A stretch of DNA of 64,000 nt from positions 43,524,001-43,588,000 of the forward strand of contig NC_043015.1 of assembly GCF_006345805.1 (NCBI RefSeq). Direction: 5' to 3'. This document shows, piece after piece, positions 36,300 to 49,944 of the stretch (the stretch's first letter is position 1; each line of letters opens with the position of its first letter). This DNA is from Octopus sinensis. Lineage: Eukaryota. The notes beneath the pieces were generated by a model. The model was given only the letters and a program-made list of their open reading frames with translations, ran no database searches and was not told the origin of the DNA. The translations under genes and the position numbers were made by a program.

Positions 36300-36974
36300 A
36301 TTGGTGAAGAGTCAGCGGCGTTGGAGAGCATAAAGCTTAAAGATTTAGTTGGTAAAAAGTTAGTTGACATGGGGGCTTAGAAGAAATCTGAATTTTGGGA
36401 AAGATTTACCTGCGATGATTCTAGCTACGTTAGAAAATGCCGCCATCATGACTACTGCTCAATGCTTTGTGTACTTTGAGAATCTGGAAGACGTGGCATG
36501 GACAGCGACAAGACAGTAGCAACGGAGACTACGTTGCCATAGGTAGTAAGTATTGACTGCGTCTGGACAACGGAATTCAAGACCACATTTTTAAAAGGGA
36601 TTTAGGCTCAGTCCAGGCGGCTATGTGAAGGCGTTGGAAACTGGTCAATCAGAGCTGGAGGGAATTGCTAGCGGAAGGCCACGTGTGTGGAGTCGGGATT
36701 CATGTGTGTGCCATGCGTCCGAAAAGAGTCAGATATGGCAGTCGGAAATTGTCTAAGACTTCACGAGCTCCAATTTCTGGTATCCTGATTGCCCCACCTG
36801 TAATTCTGTCGATATCCATGTGCGGGACGCGGCTGTAATGAAACAAACTGTTCTGCCCGTAACACCAAGACCGAGCTTGTGGCAAAAGTCAAGCTCACTG
36901 TGATAAGCGCAAGCCCAAGGTTACAGAAATGTCTTGGGACCCTCGTGAGAGCTGAGGGCGGCTACTTTGAATGA
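36300..36974 (+). pseudogene. DD37D (maT) transposase relic
   Basis: RPRVWSRD(36697)SCVCHASEKSQIWQSEIV*DFTSSNFWYPDCPTCNSVD(36811): 37 residues between the two aspartates; ends AEGGYFE* at 36974. Confidence 0.85.
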
Positions 36975-37734
36975 GATGTTACCTCCCAGTTACGCCTGGT
37001 TTGAAATATTTGAGTTTTCAAAATACCTTTAATTTCGGATAGGATGTTGAGTTTTACTTCCCTTTTCTGCAAACTCTCTAATTTACCCCGAACACTATGG
37101 AAGTATATATGTGCGTATGTGGGTGGATGTGTGTGTGTGATTGCGTGTGCATGCTTGCGCTTGTGTGTGTGTGTGTAACGAAGCGAATATAAATATATGA
37201 TGTCTCTGCAACTTTCGTTTCTATAGAGACAGTCATTGTTTGGCGCTAAATCTTCTGGCGAGTCAAATTTAATTTCCGTTTCAATATATTTTCCCTTCAT
37301 CGACGTTGCTATGACGTTACAAGTTATTATCAGGTCTCACAGTGCGCATTTTAGTGTAGCTAATGGGTTAATTAATTATTTATGTAAACAAAACTTTTCA
37401 TTAAAGTATACCGAACACTGCAGAACTGATAGTTTTCATTCTTGAAAAATGGCGTATCGCTCATACATTTCCCAAAGACTACCTACGTATTTATTACTTT
37501 ATCATGAAACATGATATTCATATACACCTCACACACACACACACACACATACATACATACGTACTCACACACGCACACGGACACAAATATACACTCACGC
37601 ACATGTACACATACCCGTAGTTTTATGTATCTTTTTATGTGATTTAAGTTTTACTATTCAAAAAATAAAAAGAACGAAAAAAACATAAAGCAATTTACGT
37701 TTCCTCGAAAGTATAAACAGTTTTAGGAAGTCTA

Positions 37735-38400
37735 CGAGGGTCAGCTAAAAAGTTCATAGGGTGACCAAGATATTCTCAGGGAATGTGACCAAATGAGGTT
37801 TATTTTTCTATAGAATCTCCTTCGCGGTTCACACACTTCTTCCATCGGTGTTGGAGTGTTTGGTTCCCATTGGTGAAGAAATATGCTTCCTGTTGGTCAT
37901 AAAAGACATCAACAAATATAACGTCATCATCACTGCAGTATAGTTTCCCAGCTGTCTCTTCATCTTGGTCAACAGATTATATTCTGATGGAGTCAAATCG
38001 GGGGAATAAAAAGAGTGCTCAACTAGTCCACTGACACAATTACAAACAGCAGCCATTGATCGAGCATTGTCCTGATGAAACAAGAAACGAGATCAGTTTC
38101 ATTGGGCATTTCCTCTTAATAGTTTTTCTTAGCGGCCTCATCAAGTTGACATAGTGTTCTCCATCTATGGTGTGGTCCGTTTGAAGATAATCAATAAATA
38201 CAATGATTTTTGCTTCCACAAAAGCCCGAGGTCATCACATTTCCTGCAAATGAAATGAATTTGACTCACTTTGGACAAGATTAGGTGGAGTGTTTCTACT
38301 GCATGGATTGTCTCTTTGTCTCTGGCTGAAAGTGATGAACTCAACACTCATCCAGGCTTAGAAAGAATTCATAGAAACCAGCTGGATCAGATATGTAATG
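37735..38400 (-). mobile_element. Mariner (DD34D-type) 3' half with terminal TIR
   Basis: TA + CGAGGGTCAGCTAAAAAGTTCATAGG; minus-strand HQDNAR and YSPDLTPSEY motifs. Confidence 0.8.
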
Positions 38401-39811
38401 TGTGTATAGTTATAAGAAAAGAGTGACAGAAATTGTTTATAAAATGTGTAAGATCTTTTTAAACACAAGTGTGATGGTCTAATGTTTACAGAGAGAGTGG
38501 GTTGGTTTTATGAGCAGAGTTGACTATTTCCGATTCAGTATACAATGTATACTTTTTTTTTGTTCATAATTTCCTTCCTCTCTTTTGGGGATTCTGCTTG
38601 AAATGAATACAGTAGGAAAAAATTTTTTAATAAGTTTTAATTTAAGAATGTTTTATTAAAGATTATATATATGTGTGTGTGTTTGTGCGTGTGTGTGTGT
38701 GTGTATTAGGGAGTATGACTCCAAACTTACAGGGAAAAATTACATATATCTATACAGGCTGCACATGCGCGTGCGTGTGTAGATATAAGAAAAGCGTGAC
38801 ATAAATTGTTTATTAAATGTGTAAGAGCTTTTTAAACACAAGTGTGATGGTCTAATGCTTAATTTACCAGTGAGGATTTATTTGAGTATTTATTTGATAT
38901 ATAATACATATTTGGTATAAGTGATATTGTAGATTTTGTTTTGTGGTGGTGTTTTGTATATTGGTCAACACGGGTTTGAATTAATATTTAGAATTAGATT
39001 TATATTAGAAGTTTATTTAATTAATAAATATAATTTAATTAATGAATATTAATTTAATTAATGAATATTAATTTAATTAATGAATATTAATTACATTATA
39101 GTTTCTTAGATTAACTTCAGAATATTAAGTTAGTGGTTAGAAAATTGAGACCGATTGAATAAGTACCGTGTTGAATGTGTGCAGGGGTTGATTTGTTCGA
39201 ATAAAGGTGGGGCTCCAGTGTAACCATATTTATATGACTGAAACAAGTAAATTAGTATAAGGGTAATAGAGAATATAGAGTAAATTGTAGTTATGTAAAT
39301 TAGTTTAAGTATGTTATGAATTTTAGTATATTTGGTTTTCCTAGTAATTTTGGAATTTTGAAATTCCTTGGTTTTTGTGATTTTATTCTCTTTTTGGTAA
39401 AGCTAAAATATATTCTGTAGCTTTCACTGATAAAATGCATATTTCTATCTGTTTTTCCTATTTATTTAAGACACGTCTTCACGAGTAAATTTATAAACGC
39501 TAAGTAATACGTTTTTCGTTTTGAAACTGTTTAGTTCATAATATATCTTCGGAAAGATAAGTATACAATGTATCTAAGAAATAATAATGTATTCTAGATG
39601 ATTATTGATTTAAAAATATATGGATTTCTCATTCTTTTATTTGTTAATGATATTTTCGATACGTACATTTATTTAATTGTTCTTATTATTATAATTATTA
39701 TACGTCAACTAAAATTTAAAAGTATTAGTTTGGTTACTTTGTGAATTAGATTATAAAGTAAAATTTTTAGTATAGGTAGTGTGAAGTTTTTTATACTTAG
39801 TACTATTGAAT

Positions 39812-39860
<49 letters not shown>

Positions 39861-39970
39861 GTACTTTTTTCGCAAATAATTTTATAAACGACAAGTAATA
39901 CGTTTTTAGTTTTGGAATTTTTATTTATTATTTCATAAATATTTTCGGAATAAGTATAATATTTACTTAA

Positions 39971-40732
39971 GAACATCGTTTTACGCGGATGAAGATCTCA
40001 TTTCACGCACGGTGTTGCTTGTTTACCGGGGCTAAGCCGTTCCTCGCGCTGCTTCATATTGACGTACCGACACAATTTTTCGTCGCCAGTAACGATTCTG
40101 TAAAGAAATCGTTGATTGTGACCATGAGTTGAGCGATGACGAGCAAGCAAACCAGCGGAGATTTTGGCTCGTTGAGTTTGTTATTGTCACTTAAAGCATG
40201 CGGAACTCATACTCCATACTTCTGAACTTTTCCCATCGAGTGAAGATGCTTCTCTATAGCAGTGTAGGAACATTCCATTTTCTCTGCCAGTTCCCCTGCC
40301 GTTTGACGAGAATTTTCGTGTAAAACGTGGTTTAATCGCTCTTCATCGAACTTAACTAGACAGCTAGAACGAGGAGCGATTTTGAGGTCAATATTTCCAT
40401 TTTTGAACTTGGCATACTAATCACGAGCGGTTCTTTCAGCTATGGCACCCTCTCCATACACAGCGCAAATGTCCTGAGCAGCTGTTGCGCCCTCAGAACC
40501 TTGATTAAAAGCTAAAAGAAGGTGTCGAAAATGCTCGCTTTTCGTAACTTGACATTCCATTTTAATGATCTGAAAATAAACAAAAATTAACTAAAATTAA
40601 CTAGAAAAAAATCAAAATAAATTCTAAAATGATTTAAAAATAGAATTCTCGAAAAAAATTTATTCCAAAATTTTATAACGCGATAAATTCCTAAAATAAA
40701 AAGAAATGGCGAGAACTTAGTTGCCAACCCAA
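39971..40732 (-). mobile_element. Mariner 5' half: TIR plus transposase pseudogene from ATG 40560
   Basis: TA-TTGGGTTGGCAACTAAGTTC TIR; MECQVTKSEHFRHLLL...ICAVYGEGAI...VPHALS...IVTGDEK...LHPRK; truncated. Confidence 0.92.
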
Positions 40733-41194
40733 TATATTTTTTTGTGATATAATTAAATTATTAGCAACGTACCTTCTCTTTAGTGATTGTTCGTTATATG
40801 TTAGCTGTCACGAACGAAATGATTAATTCAACTTCTTTGTCACTATCCACTGATATTACAAATTAATATTGTTTCATTTCAGATATCGTAGTGTGTTTTG
40901 GATTTGCTAATGTTTTTATTTTGTAGATATTTGTTGTAATGTATTGCCTTTGTATTTGTCTTTTCAATCTATAACCTGTCTTGAAACATGTTATCAACCA
41001 AACACTCTATTTTGCAAGGAAATGAGTAATTTATTTTAACGAGAGTCTCATTGCAACCGCGCGGTATCGAGGTTCGGGTTTCGTACCACCGCATAGCATT
41101 TTCAGCAAGTATATTTTACTATAACCATGGGCCCACTAATGACATGTTTGTGTATTTCGTAGAAGGAAACTCTGTCAACATTCGTCACATATAT

Positions 41195-41560
41195 ATATAT
41201 TTATATAAATTAAATTAGAGATAAAACCATTATTAAGCAAATCAAACAATGAAAAACATAAACCAAAACATAAAAATAAACATAATTAATATAATATACA
41301 AAATATATAAAATATTAAATTATTTAAATTTAAAATTTTAATTTATATTTATAAATTTTTAATTCATATTTATAATTTTTTATGTTTTAAAATATTTTTA
41401 AAAGTTTAAATTAATAATTAAAAAAAATTTTTTAATTAAAAAAAAATGTTTAATTTTTTTTCTCCTAAATATAAAAATCTCAAAAAATATTAAAAAGTTT
41501 AATATAAGATAATATTTATATACATATATATATATGTTTTTAATAAAATTATTTTAGAAT
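41195..41560 (+). repeat. Extremely AT-rich dispersed repeat
   Basis: See 35830-36085. Confidence 0.7.
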
Positions 41561-41578
41561 TTTCTATCTTATTTTTCA

Positions 41579-41656
41579 TAAATTGCTTGGTTATAAAGTA
41601 ACCGACACCGGTTGTCAAACGATTGAACAGAGAAGCACAATCCTAAACATACACGC

Positions 41657-41726
<70 letters not shown>

Positions 41727-41804
41727 GCGTGTATGTTTAGGATTGTGCTTCTCTGTCCAATCGTTTGACAACCGGTGTCGGTTACTTTATAGCCAAGCAA
41801 TTTA
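41579..41804. repeat. Fold-back palindrome centred on (AT)n
   Basis: ~79-bp non-microsatellite arms with 2 mismatches; arm sequence resembles the OR2-like tail (ACACCGGTTGTCAA). Confidence 0.93.
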
Positions 41805-42948
41805 ACAGTTATGCAAAAAGCAATCTGTAAAATAAATATCAACCTTTAAAATATGTATGAAGGATGATATCTTTGACTTCATCCAACGAAATTGCAGGCT
41901 GCCATTGGTGAAGTAAAATGACTGAAACAAGATATTTTCAAATCGAAAATTTCGGTGAAGGAAATAGTCAATTACATCAACACCATTATATAACTGGTAC
42001 CTATTTTAAAAGTCTTAAAATAGAACGACAGCACTAAACACCACAAGGCAGGTCCTCACCACTCTAACTTTCTGTAATTCACTGCCATGTAAACCAAATT
42101 TATGAAGCATCGTAAAGAAAGAAATTCCTCTATACGGAAAAATTACTTTGTATGAAATGGCAGGTAAATTCTCTGAAATCAGCCACCACCACTATCGCTT
42201 TGAATCGGCCTTCGTAGCGAAGTGAGAGAGATTGTCACTGAAAAGATTGCGAATGACGACATAAGAACTTTGACGAGCAGGAAAAAAAAACGATTGACTG
42301 TTTACGCAGAAAACTAAAAAACGCTCGATCGGTTAGTTGAAAAGATATTTACTCAATTGATTAATAATAAAGTGCGATTGACCCTGTGCATGTGTAATTA
42401 ATATTGGTGTAATGACTCTCACAAAGCACAACAAATTTTGTTTGAACACACGAATTCATATAATGAAGTTTGCAAATCAAATACAAAAAGGACACATTAG
42501 CCATAAAACGTTATATATATATACAAAAAGGGTGTGGTAAGATCTAGGCTGATATTGTATTCTTTAAAATTAAAAATAAATTGACTCAGAAAAGAGGGAA
42601 CAGCATGCTTGGTTGTTGCTTTTTATTTTGTTATTTTTGTTGTAGGAAGAACAGAAGTGAATAGTCATTTGCGGAAAAATTGGTTTCTATGAGATTTCAA
42701 AGTATGTGTGAGTACGTGTACGTGTCTCTGAGTGTGTGTGTGTGTTTGTGTGTACGTCTTTCTCAGTGTGAGTGTACGTATAATTGTAAGTGTGATTGTA
42801 CGTGTCTCTGAGATAGTTGCGTACCACTTAACAACCGGTATTGCTTTGTTTACGTGTCCGTAAATAGATCAGCCTGTTCTCACGTGCTACGCGGACTCAA
42901 AGAAACACAGATACACGCACAGTCACACAAACGACAAACGCACACAGA

Positions 42949-42980
<32 letters not shown>

Positions 42981-43053
42981 TTCTTCCTTTCTTTCTCTCT
43001 CCCCCTCTCTCTCTCTCTCTCTCTCTGCTTCTCTCTCTCTCTTTATATATATA

Positions 43054-43423
43054 CTAGCAGTATCGCCCGGCGTTGCTCAGGTTTGTAAGGGAAATAACTA
43101 TAAAGCATTTTTAGAGAGTTATAGCCAAAAAATAGCCAAAAAATGGAAAAAAATTATGGTAAATTTTTTTTGAGAGTAAAAAAAGGTGGAGTTGCGTCCC
43201 CTAGACGGTTTGCGGTTTGTGTTTCTGATTCTCGACCCCATGTCGAATTTATCGATTTTTTTCAGAACTGGGGGAACTTTTCAAAATTTTCGCTGCGTTA
43301 GTTTTGAATTATGACATTGGGCTATGTGTGTGTCAAGTTTCATCAGAATCGGTTGAAAGCCGTGGTCAGGGTGGGGGTACAAGCAAACAGACACACAGAA
43401 ACACGCACAGACAAACTGCCGTT

Positions 43424-43430
<7 letters not shown>
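43054..43430 (-). mobile_element. Non-autonomous Helitron, second copy
   Basis: A-CTAGCAGTATCGCCCGGCGTTGCTCAGG is the reverse complement of the 14599 end; body highly similar; 5' TC lost in (TA)n. Confidence 0.88.
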
Positions 43431-43461
<31 letters not shown>

Positions 43462-45879
43462 ATATATAATGAACCTTGAACTATGTGATTTTGAAGCAAA
43501 TTTCTTTCCAAATACTCACAGCCACCCACCAACGCTTGCGCTTAGCTTTATATATATATATATATATATATATGCAAATGTGTCTACCGAATTTGCTCAC
43601 CGGGAATTGATCCTTCTTACGGTTTACTATTAAGAAACTACAGTTGGCGAAGGCGCTCTGCAGTTGAAGCGAGTCCGGAACCACGTAATTATGAAGAGAA
43701 CGACTTCATCACATACCCAAAAACACTTCTCGTCTGCTCCATTCTGTGTAGACTACGTTTGCTTGTAGAAGTTTAGCAGTTGAAGAAACAATTACAGACC
43801 TTTCCATCCGAAGGCACAACCTCAGGCAGTTTCTATAATTTTTACGTTTCCAAAATTACGAGGCCTCCCCACCAACGTAGTGTAGTATTTTCTTTAGCCT
43901 ACTGGTGTATTTTAATCCTAAGTTTACATTGTTATTGTAATACGTTTTTGCAAAACACCTTAGTAAACCGTCCCCTCCGTGAAATATATAAACAAAATTA
44001 CAGCTAGTTTCCCCTTCCAGTAATTCAATGTTAAGCACCCGTTTAGCTGTTTTAATTTTCCTTTTGTTTCATATATATACGAGATCCCTACTTTTCAATA
44101 ACATATTTTGCCTTGAGTTGAAATATTCTAAATTCTGCTCTGAAGCAATTTACAGAAATTCGCTCTATCTTTTGTTACTTTTAAAGTCACTCAGTTTGCT
44201 TGTAGAGTTTCTCGTAATCCGCTAACGGTATTTTTATGTTACTTCAATGCATTAAAAATTATATATATATATATATATATATATTTGTGCTTGTGTGCGT
44301 GTGTGTGTGAAAATCAGTACATTTATGAATCACCATATATAATTTCCAGCTAAGATGACAGCATAGCAGCTTAGTGGTATTTCGTCTGTCTTTATGTTCT
44401 GAGTTCAAATTCCGCTGAGGTCCCAAGAATCAAGTACCGAAAATGAAATTTCTTATCTTCCATCTTAAAGGGTTACAGAATTAACAAAGTTGATAGGAAC
44501 ATAAACCTTCTCCCACGAAAAGATAGCTTAAACTGTGCTCTAAATGGAGGTATAGTCAAATCCTATTTTATTGACTCAACCGGGTTCTAAAAAAAATGTA
44601 GAAAGTAAGCTACTATAAATCGGCACGAACTTTCCTGACAACCCAATGAAAGCAGTCATATTAGTGCTGTTTGAGTGGAAGAGACAAGATAGAGTGGATA
44701 TGATAAGTCGAGAAAGAGTACAAGGAACCAAAGATTCTCCGTATTGTGTGAAGGAATTCGAAACGCGCTGAATGTAACAGGAAAATGTTTTTGGCTGTCA
44801 AGGCTAGGAAAATGTATCTAAAGTACAAAGTGACGGAGTATGCAGAATGCCGAAGGAAAGAGAGGGGTCATCGAACAGAGGTTTCGAGAAATAACAAAGA
44901 AAAATCTCTCTGTGAAAGCAGGAAGGTTTGCTTACAAGAGGAATTGACGCATGTGGACAAAGTCACCGTACAATCATTGACCAGCAGGAAATTCTGGGTT
45001 CCATGCCAGATAAAGACTTCATTCCTTCTGTGTGTGACCACATCAAATAACCTGATAATTTGATGCAAACAAGAAAGACGGTTCTACAAGAAATCTGGAG
45101 CAATTTCTCCATCGTGAAACATATTTGGATGGATGAGTTAGAGCAGTGGGAAAAGGCCGTTAAAAGTTAAGATTATTGCTAAGTGTACAAACCTGCAGGA
45201 AGGGAAGTGAACAAACAACCGGTATCACCATCCAAAGTTATCAGATTCCTTAGGTAAGATGATATGGCCCTTAAGACAAAATTATGTGTTAGGGCTTTTT
45301 TTTTCACTTTGGATCACGCCTCTTGCTGTGAGATGCAATTGTATGTGATAGGGAGAGGCATAATTTTTTAGATTGAAGAAGTAGCATCCTTCTCACCAGA
45401 TATTCGATCTATTCAGAAACACACAAAAAAAACCTCAGACTGACCTGAAATCATAGTTCCCATGGAGGACGGAAAAATTAAAACCAACAGCAGAATAGAA
45501 AATCCCAAACTGGCTAATGAAGTTCTTACTAAATAACAACATACAGTATCATTCTCTGTTTAAGACAGGACCGATACTTTCCCAGCAAGAGTTTGCGCTA
45601 TTTCTTGTGGATGATAGCTTCGGTACACAAACCAAAGAAGAAAGCCCCTATGCTTATGACAATGGCAGCTGAGAGCAGACGAAGGTGGTTCAGTTTAAGG
45701 AGAAATCACAGACATAACCATCTTGCTATCGGCAAAGGATTAGAGTTGACTTTGAAATATCTGATAGCGATAGAGTAGGGTTTTCATACAATGCACTAAA
45801 TTTCGTAATCAGGGGAAGGCGGGCTGATTTATTATTTCATCCACAGATATGTATGTTTATATACACACAGACATATGAC

Positions 45880-46260
45880 CTAAACATTAGCTTCAAGGTT
45901 CATCCAAGACTTGGACCACGGGCTATACGTCCCCTGCCAAATTCAAGATCACAACATACATGTACACTGCAACATAATTTCTTTTCCTCAACAGGCCCTG
46001 CCCTATTTAACATTGTCCCGAGGGAGATCAAAGAGGAAAAGGATCCCATCAACTTTAAACAGAGTCTGGATAGATTCCTTCAAAGAATACGTGATAAGCC
46101 ACCCATAATTGGATACAACTCACCCAACAAGAACTCACTACTTGAACAAAACTTGACTTAAACAGGATTCGAATAATCCTATCAGGTGGTGCTATTAAGT
46201 TAGACATGGCCTGGACCAATCTTTGGTCGAAACATATCTAAGTTTATCTAAGTTTATATA
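45880..46260 (+). mobile_element. CR1 3' end with terminal ATCTAAGTTT repeats
   Basis: FKVHPRLGPRA...STGPALFNIVPREIK...FKQSLDRFLQRIRDKP...NKNSLLE; tail ATCTAAGTTTATCTAAGTTT. Confidence 0.8.
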
Positions 46261-46599
46261 CATATATGTATATAAATGTATATGCTTATATGCATACATT
46301 CATACATATATATATATATATATATATATACATATTCATACATACACACATATATGTATGTAGATGTGTATAATTATATACATACATATGTATGTATGTA
46401 TGTATGTGTATATATATATATACATATATATGTATATAAGTATACACATAGATGTAAATATACATTTACGATTATGTATATACATATGATAGACAGGTAA
46501 ATGTGTATATATATTGTTTTCATTGGAATCCCTCACTACAATGTTATTGACGTAATGATATAATGCTAGGAAAAGTTATTTTCATTATGTACGACATGT

Positions 46600-46728
46600 T
46601 ATGCTATTATTACTATTATTATTACTATTATTATTATTATCATTATTATTATTATTATTATTATTAATATCATTATTATATTATTATTATTATTATTAAT
46701 ATCATTAGTATTATTATTATTATTATTA

Positions 46729-46768
<40 letters not shown>

Positions 46769-46797
46769 CATTATTATTATTATTATTATTACTACTA

Positions 46798-46838
<41 letters not shown>

Positions 46839-46841
46839 TAC

Positions 46842-46883
<42 letters not shown>

Positions 46884-47030
46884 CATTATTATTATTATTA
46901 TTATTATTATCATTATTATTATTATTATTATTAATATTATCATTATTGTTATTATTATTATTATTATTGTTGTTATTATCATCATCATCATTATCATCAC
47001 CATCGTCATCATCATCATCATTATCATTAG
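46600..47030. repeat. (ATT)n/(ATC)n microsatellite
   Basis: Direct reading. Confidence 0.97.
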
Positions 47031-47479
47031 GAATTTACAAGACCAGATTCTGGTATAACACGACACACAGAAAGCTGAACAAATAAATTTATAAATACGA
47101 GGGAAAAAACAAATCAACAAATTCACGTATTATTTCGTATATCTTCTTTCCATTGTATTTCAATACGTAGTTTTAGTAACAAATTACCGTCAGCATAATT
47201 CAAGTAGGATATATCGTTTTATTTATCACACTATTCAATATACTTTGTATCGGACAACGATATTAAATAATGGGATATTGATTATGAAAGGTCTATGAAA
47301 AGAATAGTGATAATAGGTGGTCATAAATAAAGTAATTCTAATGATATTATTCAAATTGATACGACATATCTTCATTCAAATCAGAACGTATCGGCTCCAC
47401 CATTGTGGCGAACGAAATTTGTAGAAATTCATTTAGGAAGCAATCTGTACAATTCGTTGTGAGGCTCTCTTGAAATGTG

Positions 47480-47504
47480 CTTATATATATAATAAATATA
47501 TATA

Positions 47505-47558
<54 letters not shown>

Positions 47559-47565
47559 TACATAC

Positions 47566-47625
<60 letters not shown>

Positions 47626-47871
47626 ATATATATATACATGTATATTTACGTGTGTGTGTGTGTGTCTGTGTGGATGTAGATGTGTAAAAGAAATAAGTTG
47701 ATAAGAGCAGGACAAAGAATGATGTTCAAGCAACGAAGGAAATCGAATGAATTTTACCAGATATCTTTAAGAGTAAAGAAATCTGAGCGTCTAACTAAAC
47801 GTATCACTTGAAGAACTTGTTTATCACTGTCTTCAGAGTATATATACATACATATATATACTACATAATAT

Positions 47872-47907
<36 letters not shown>

Positions 47908-47930
47908 CATAAATATACATATACATATAC

Positions 47931-47965
<35 letters not shown>

Positions 47966-48336
47966 GATGTAAATATATATAGATAGTATAGATAGATATA
48001 TAGAATATAGATATATAGATAGATAGAATAGATATAGATATACATATACATATATACATGCATGAGTGTTTTATATACGTATAAATACAAATATATATAT
48101 GTGTGTGTATGTATATATAGATATATAGATATATACATGTATATACATGCATGTATATTCTGAATTGCTTTTATTAAGTTAGACTGCAAAACACGATATT
48201 AAATCATACATCTATCATCAGCTTCTTTATTTTTATAGAACATTTTACAGGCTTCGGCATATTGATATATTCTTTGAGAAACTGATACCCACGTAGGCAT
48301 ATACACACAACACCATCCACTACAGATGTTTATATA

Positions 48337-48370
<34 letters not shown>

Positions 48371-48480
48371 ACATATGTGTGTGTATATATATATGTGTAT
48401 GTGTATGTGTATGTATATATAATATATGTGTGTGTGTGTGTGGGTGTGCATGTGTGTTTATATACGCAGGTAATTGTAAG
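47480..48480. repeat. Cluster of (AT)n/(GT)n/(AGAT)n microsatellites
   Basis: Direct reading. Confidence 0.9.
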
Positions 48481-48579
48481 TATATATATACAAATGTATA
48501 CCAAACGAGTGTGGTTTTGTATGAGGATAAGCACATTTCACTGTACATGGGAATCATAAATATCTGCTGAAGATAAGTA

Positions 48580-48745
48580 TGGTGATGATGATTGATGATG
48601 ATGATGATGATGATGATGATGACGACGACGACCATGATGGCGAAGATGAGGAGCAACGATAATAGTAACAACAACAAGAACAGCAACAATAACAACAACA
48701 ACAACGATAATAATAATAATAATAATAATGATAATAATAATAATG

Positions 48746-48790
<45 letters not shown>

Positions 48791-48845
48791 TAATAATAAT
48801 AATAGCAATAGCATCAATAATATTACGAGCTGCAACAACAACAAC
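48580..48845. repeat. (GAT)n-(AAC)n-(AAT)n compound microsatellite
   Basis: Direct reading. Confidence 0.95.
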
Positions 48846-49944
48846 AGCAAACTTTCAAAGAAACTTTCTATCACCTTAAGATATAATTCGAAGTACGATT
48901 AACAAACATTAAAAGTAAAACAAGACTAGGGAAGGAGATATTATCGAAATAGACAAGAACGGACAACAAAAATCTTTATGAGTGTGTGTGTGTGTGTGTG
49001 TGTGTATTCCCAATGTTGCTGTTCTCTTTTAGTAAATTTTTATCTATTCGACACGATGTATTACGGATAGAGGGTCGTATCACGCTGGTCACACTGTGAG
49101 TATACTGCTGGTTTGTCTCAGATTCTGTTGTTAGTCAAACGTACAGTCTGTTGTGTATAGTAATTTTTACTACACATTTAATGTTATTTATTATCTTCTC
49201 AGATAAGACGGTGATCTGAGCTGCCAGTATCGTTAGAGCTTGATTGATTTGTTGTGTTTAGTTTGGCTTTTGACTTCAAATCCTACTCTGCTTTTCATCC
49301 CTCCGAGTGCGATAAATGAAACTATCTGTCTAGTAAAATGATTTCTTATATAGTCTGATTACGTACCCACAAAAACGCATGGCTTTGTTTCTAACAGAGA
49401 AACGATATATTTCGAGATAAGGTAGCAAACTTGGAGAATCGTTAGAGCATGAGTAAAAACATATTATTTGATCCAGCTCAAATCCCGTCGACGACGTTTT
49501 AATTTTTATCATTCTGAGGTCGATAAAATGAAATATTTTCCTACAACTAGGGTTGATTGTATTCAGAGAGCCCATACCCTTAAATACTCTTGTGCCTAAA
49601 TGAGAAACAAGGCATATAATTTACTCACGGTGCTCCACCGAAAAGCTCTACCAGTAACCGTACGGTGAGTGGAAAAGCATAAGAGAGGTAATCTCTTAAT
49701 TCAGCTCGCAGTGTCGTCTGCTTAGTGTCTGTGACCAATGAAGAGACAACTACTCCGAAATGTTAACATCTCACAGTCTAGGTAGGTGGCGCTGCGAAGC
49801 TAATATATGTGTATATACACCATTTGTCAACAAGCGAGATATATTCTCCGTGAGTAGCTTTCTCCGCAATTCGAACGTGCATCAAGCATATTCGGACGGA
49901 TAATATCATTGCAATATAATGTTATATTCTTATTTCTTTATTTG

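Noticed and set aside
39032-39088. CRISPR-like array
   Set aside because: Three abutting 19-bp AT-rich units with no spacers, in a eukaryotic context; no cas genes.
32010-40732. Composite transposon bounded by two facing mariner left ends
   Set aside because: The two TIRs differ substantially beyond the first ~11 nt, suggesting different subfamilies; nothing shows joint mobilisation.
44600-45780. LINE-like coding relic upstream of the CR1 end
   Set aside because: Only weak hints (e.g. RIENPKLANEVLTK); too decayed to assign family or boundaries by eye.
46210-46240. Hammerhead at GACC-AATCTTT-GGTC-GAAAC
   Set aside because: No CUGANGA-like core or stem I/III; it is the CR1 3' UTR hairpin before the terminal repeats.
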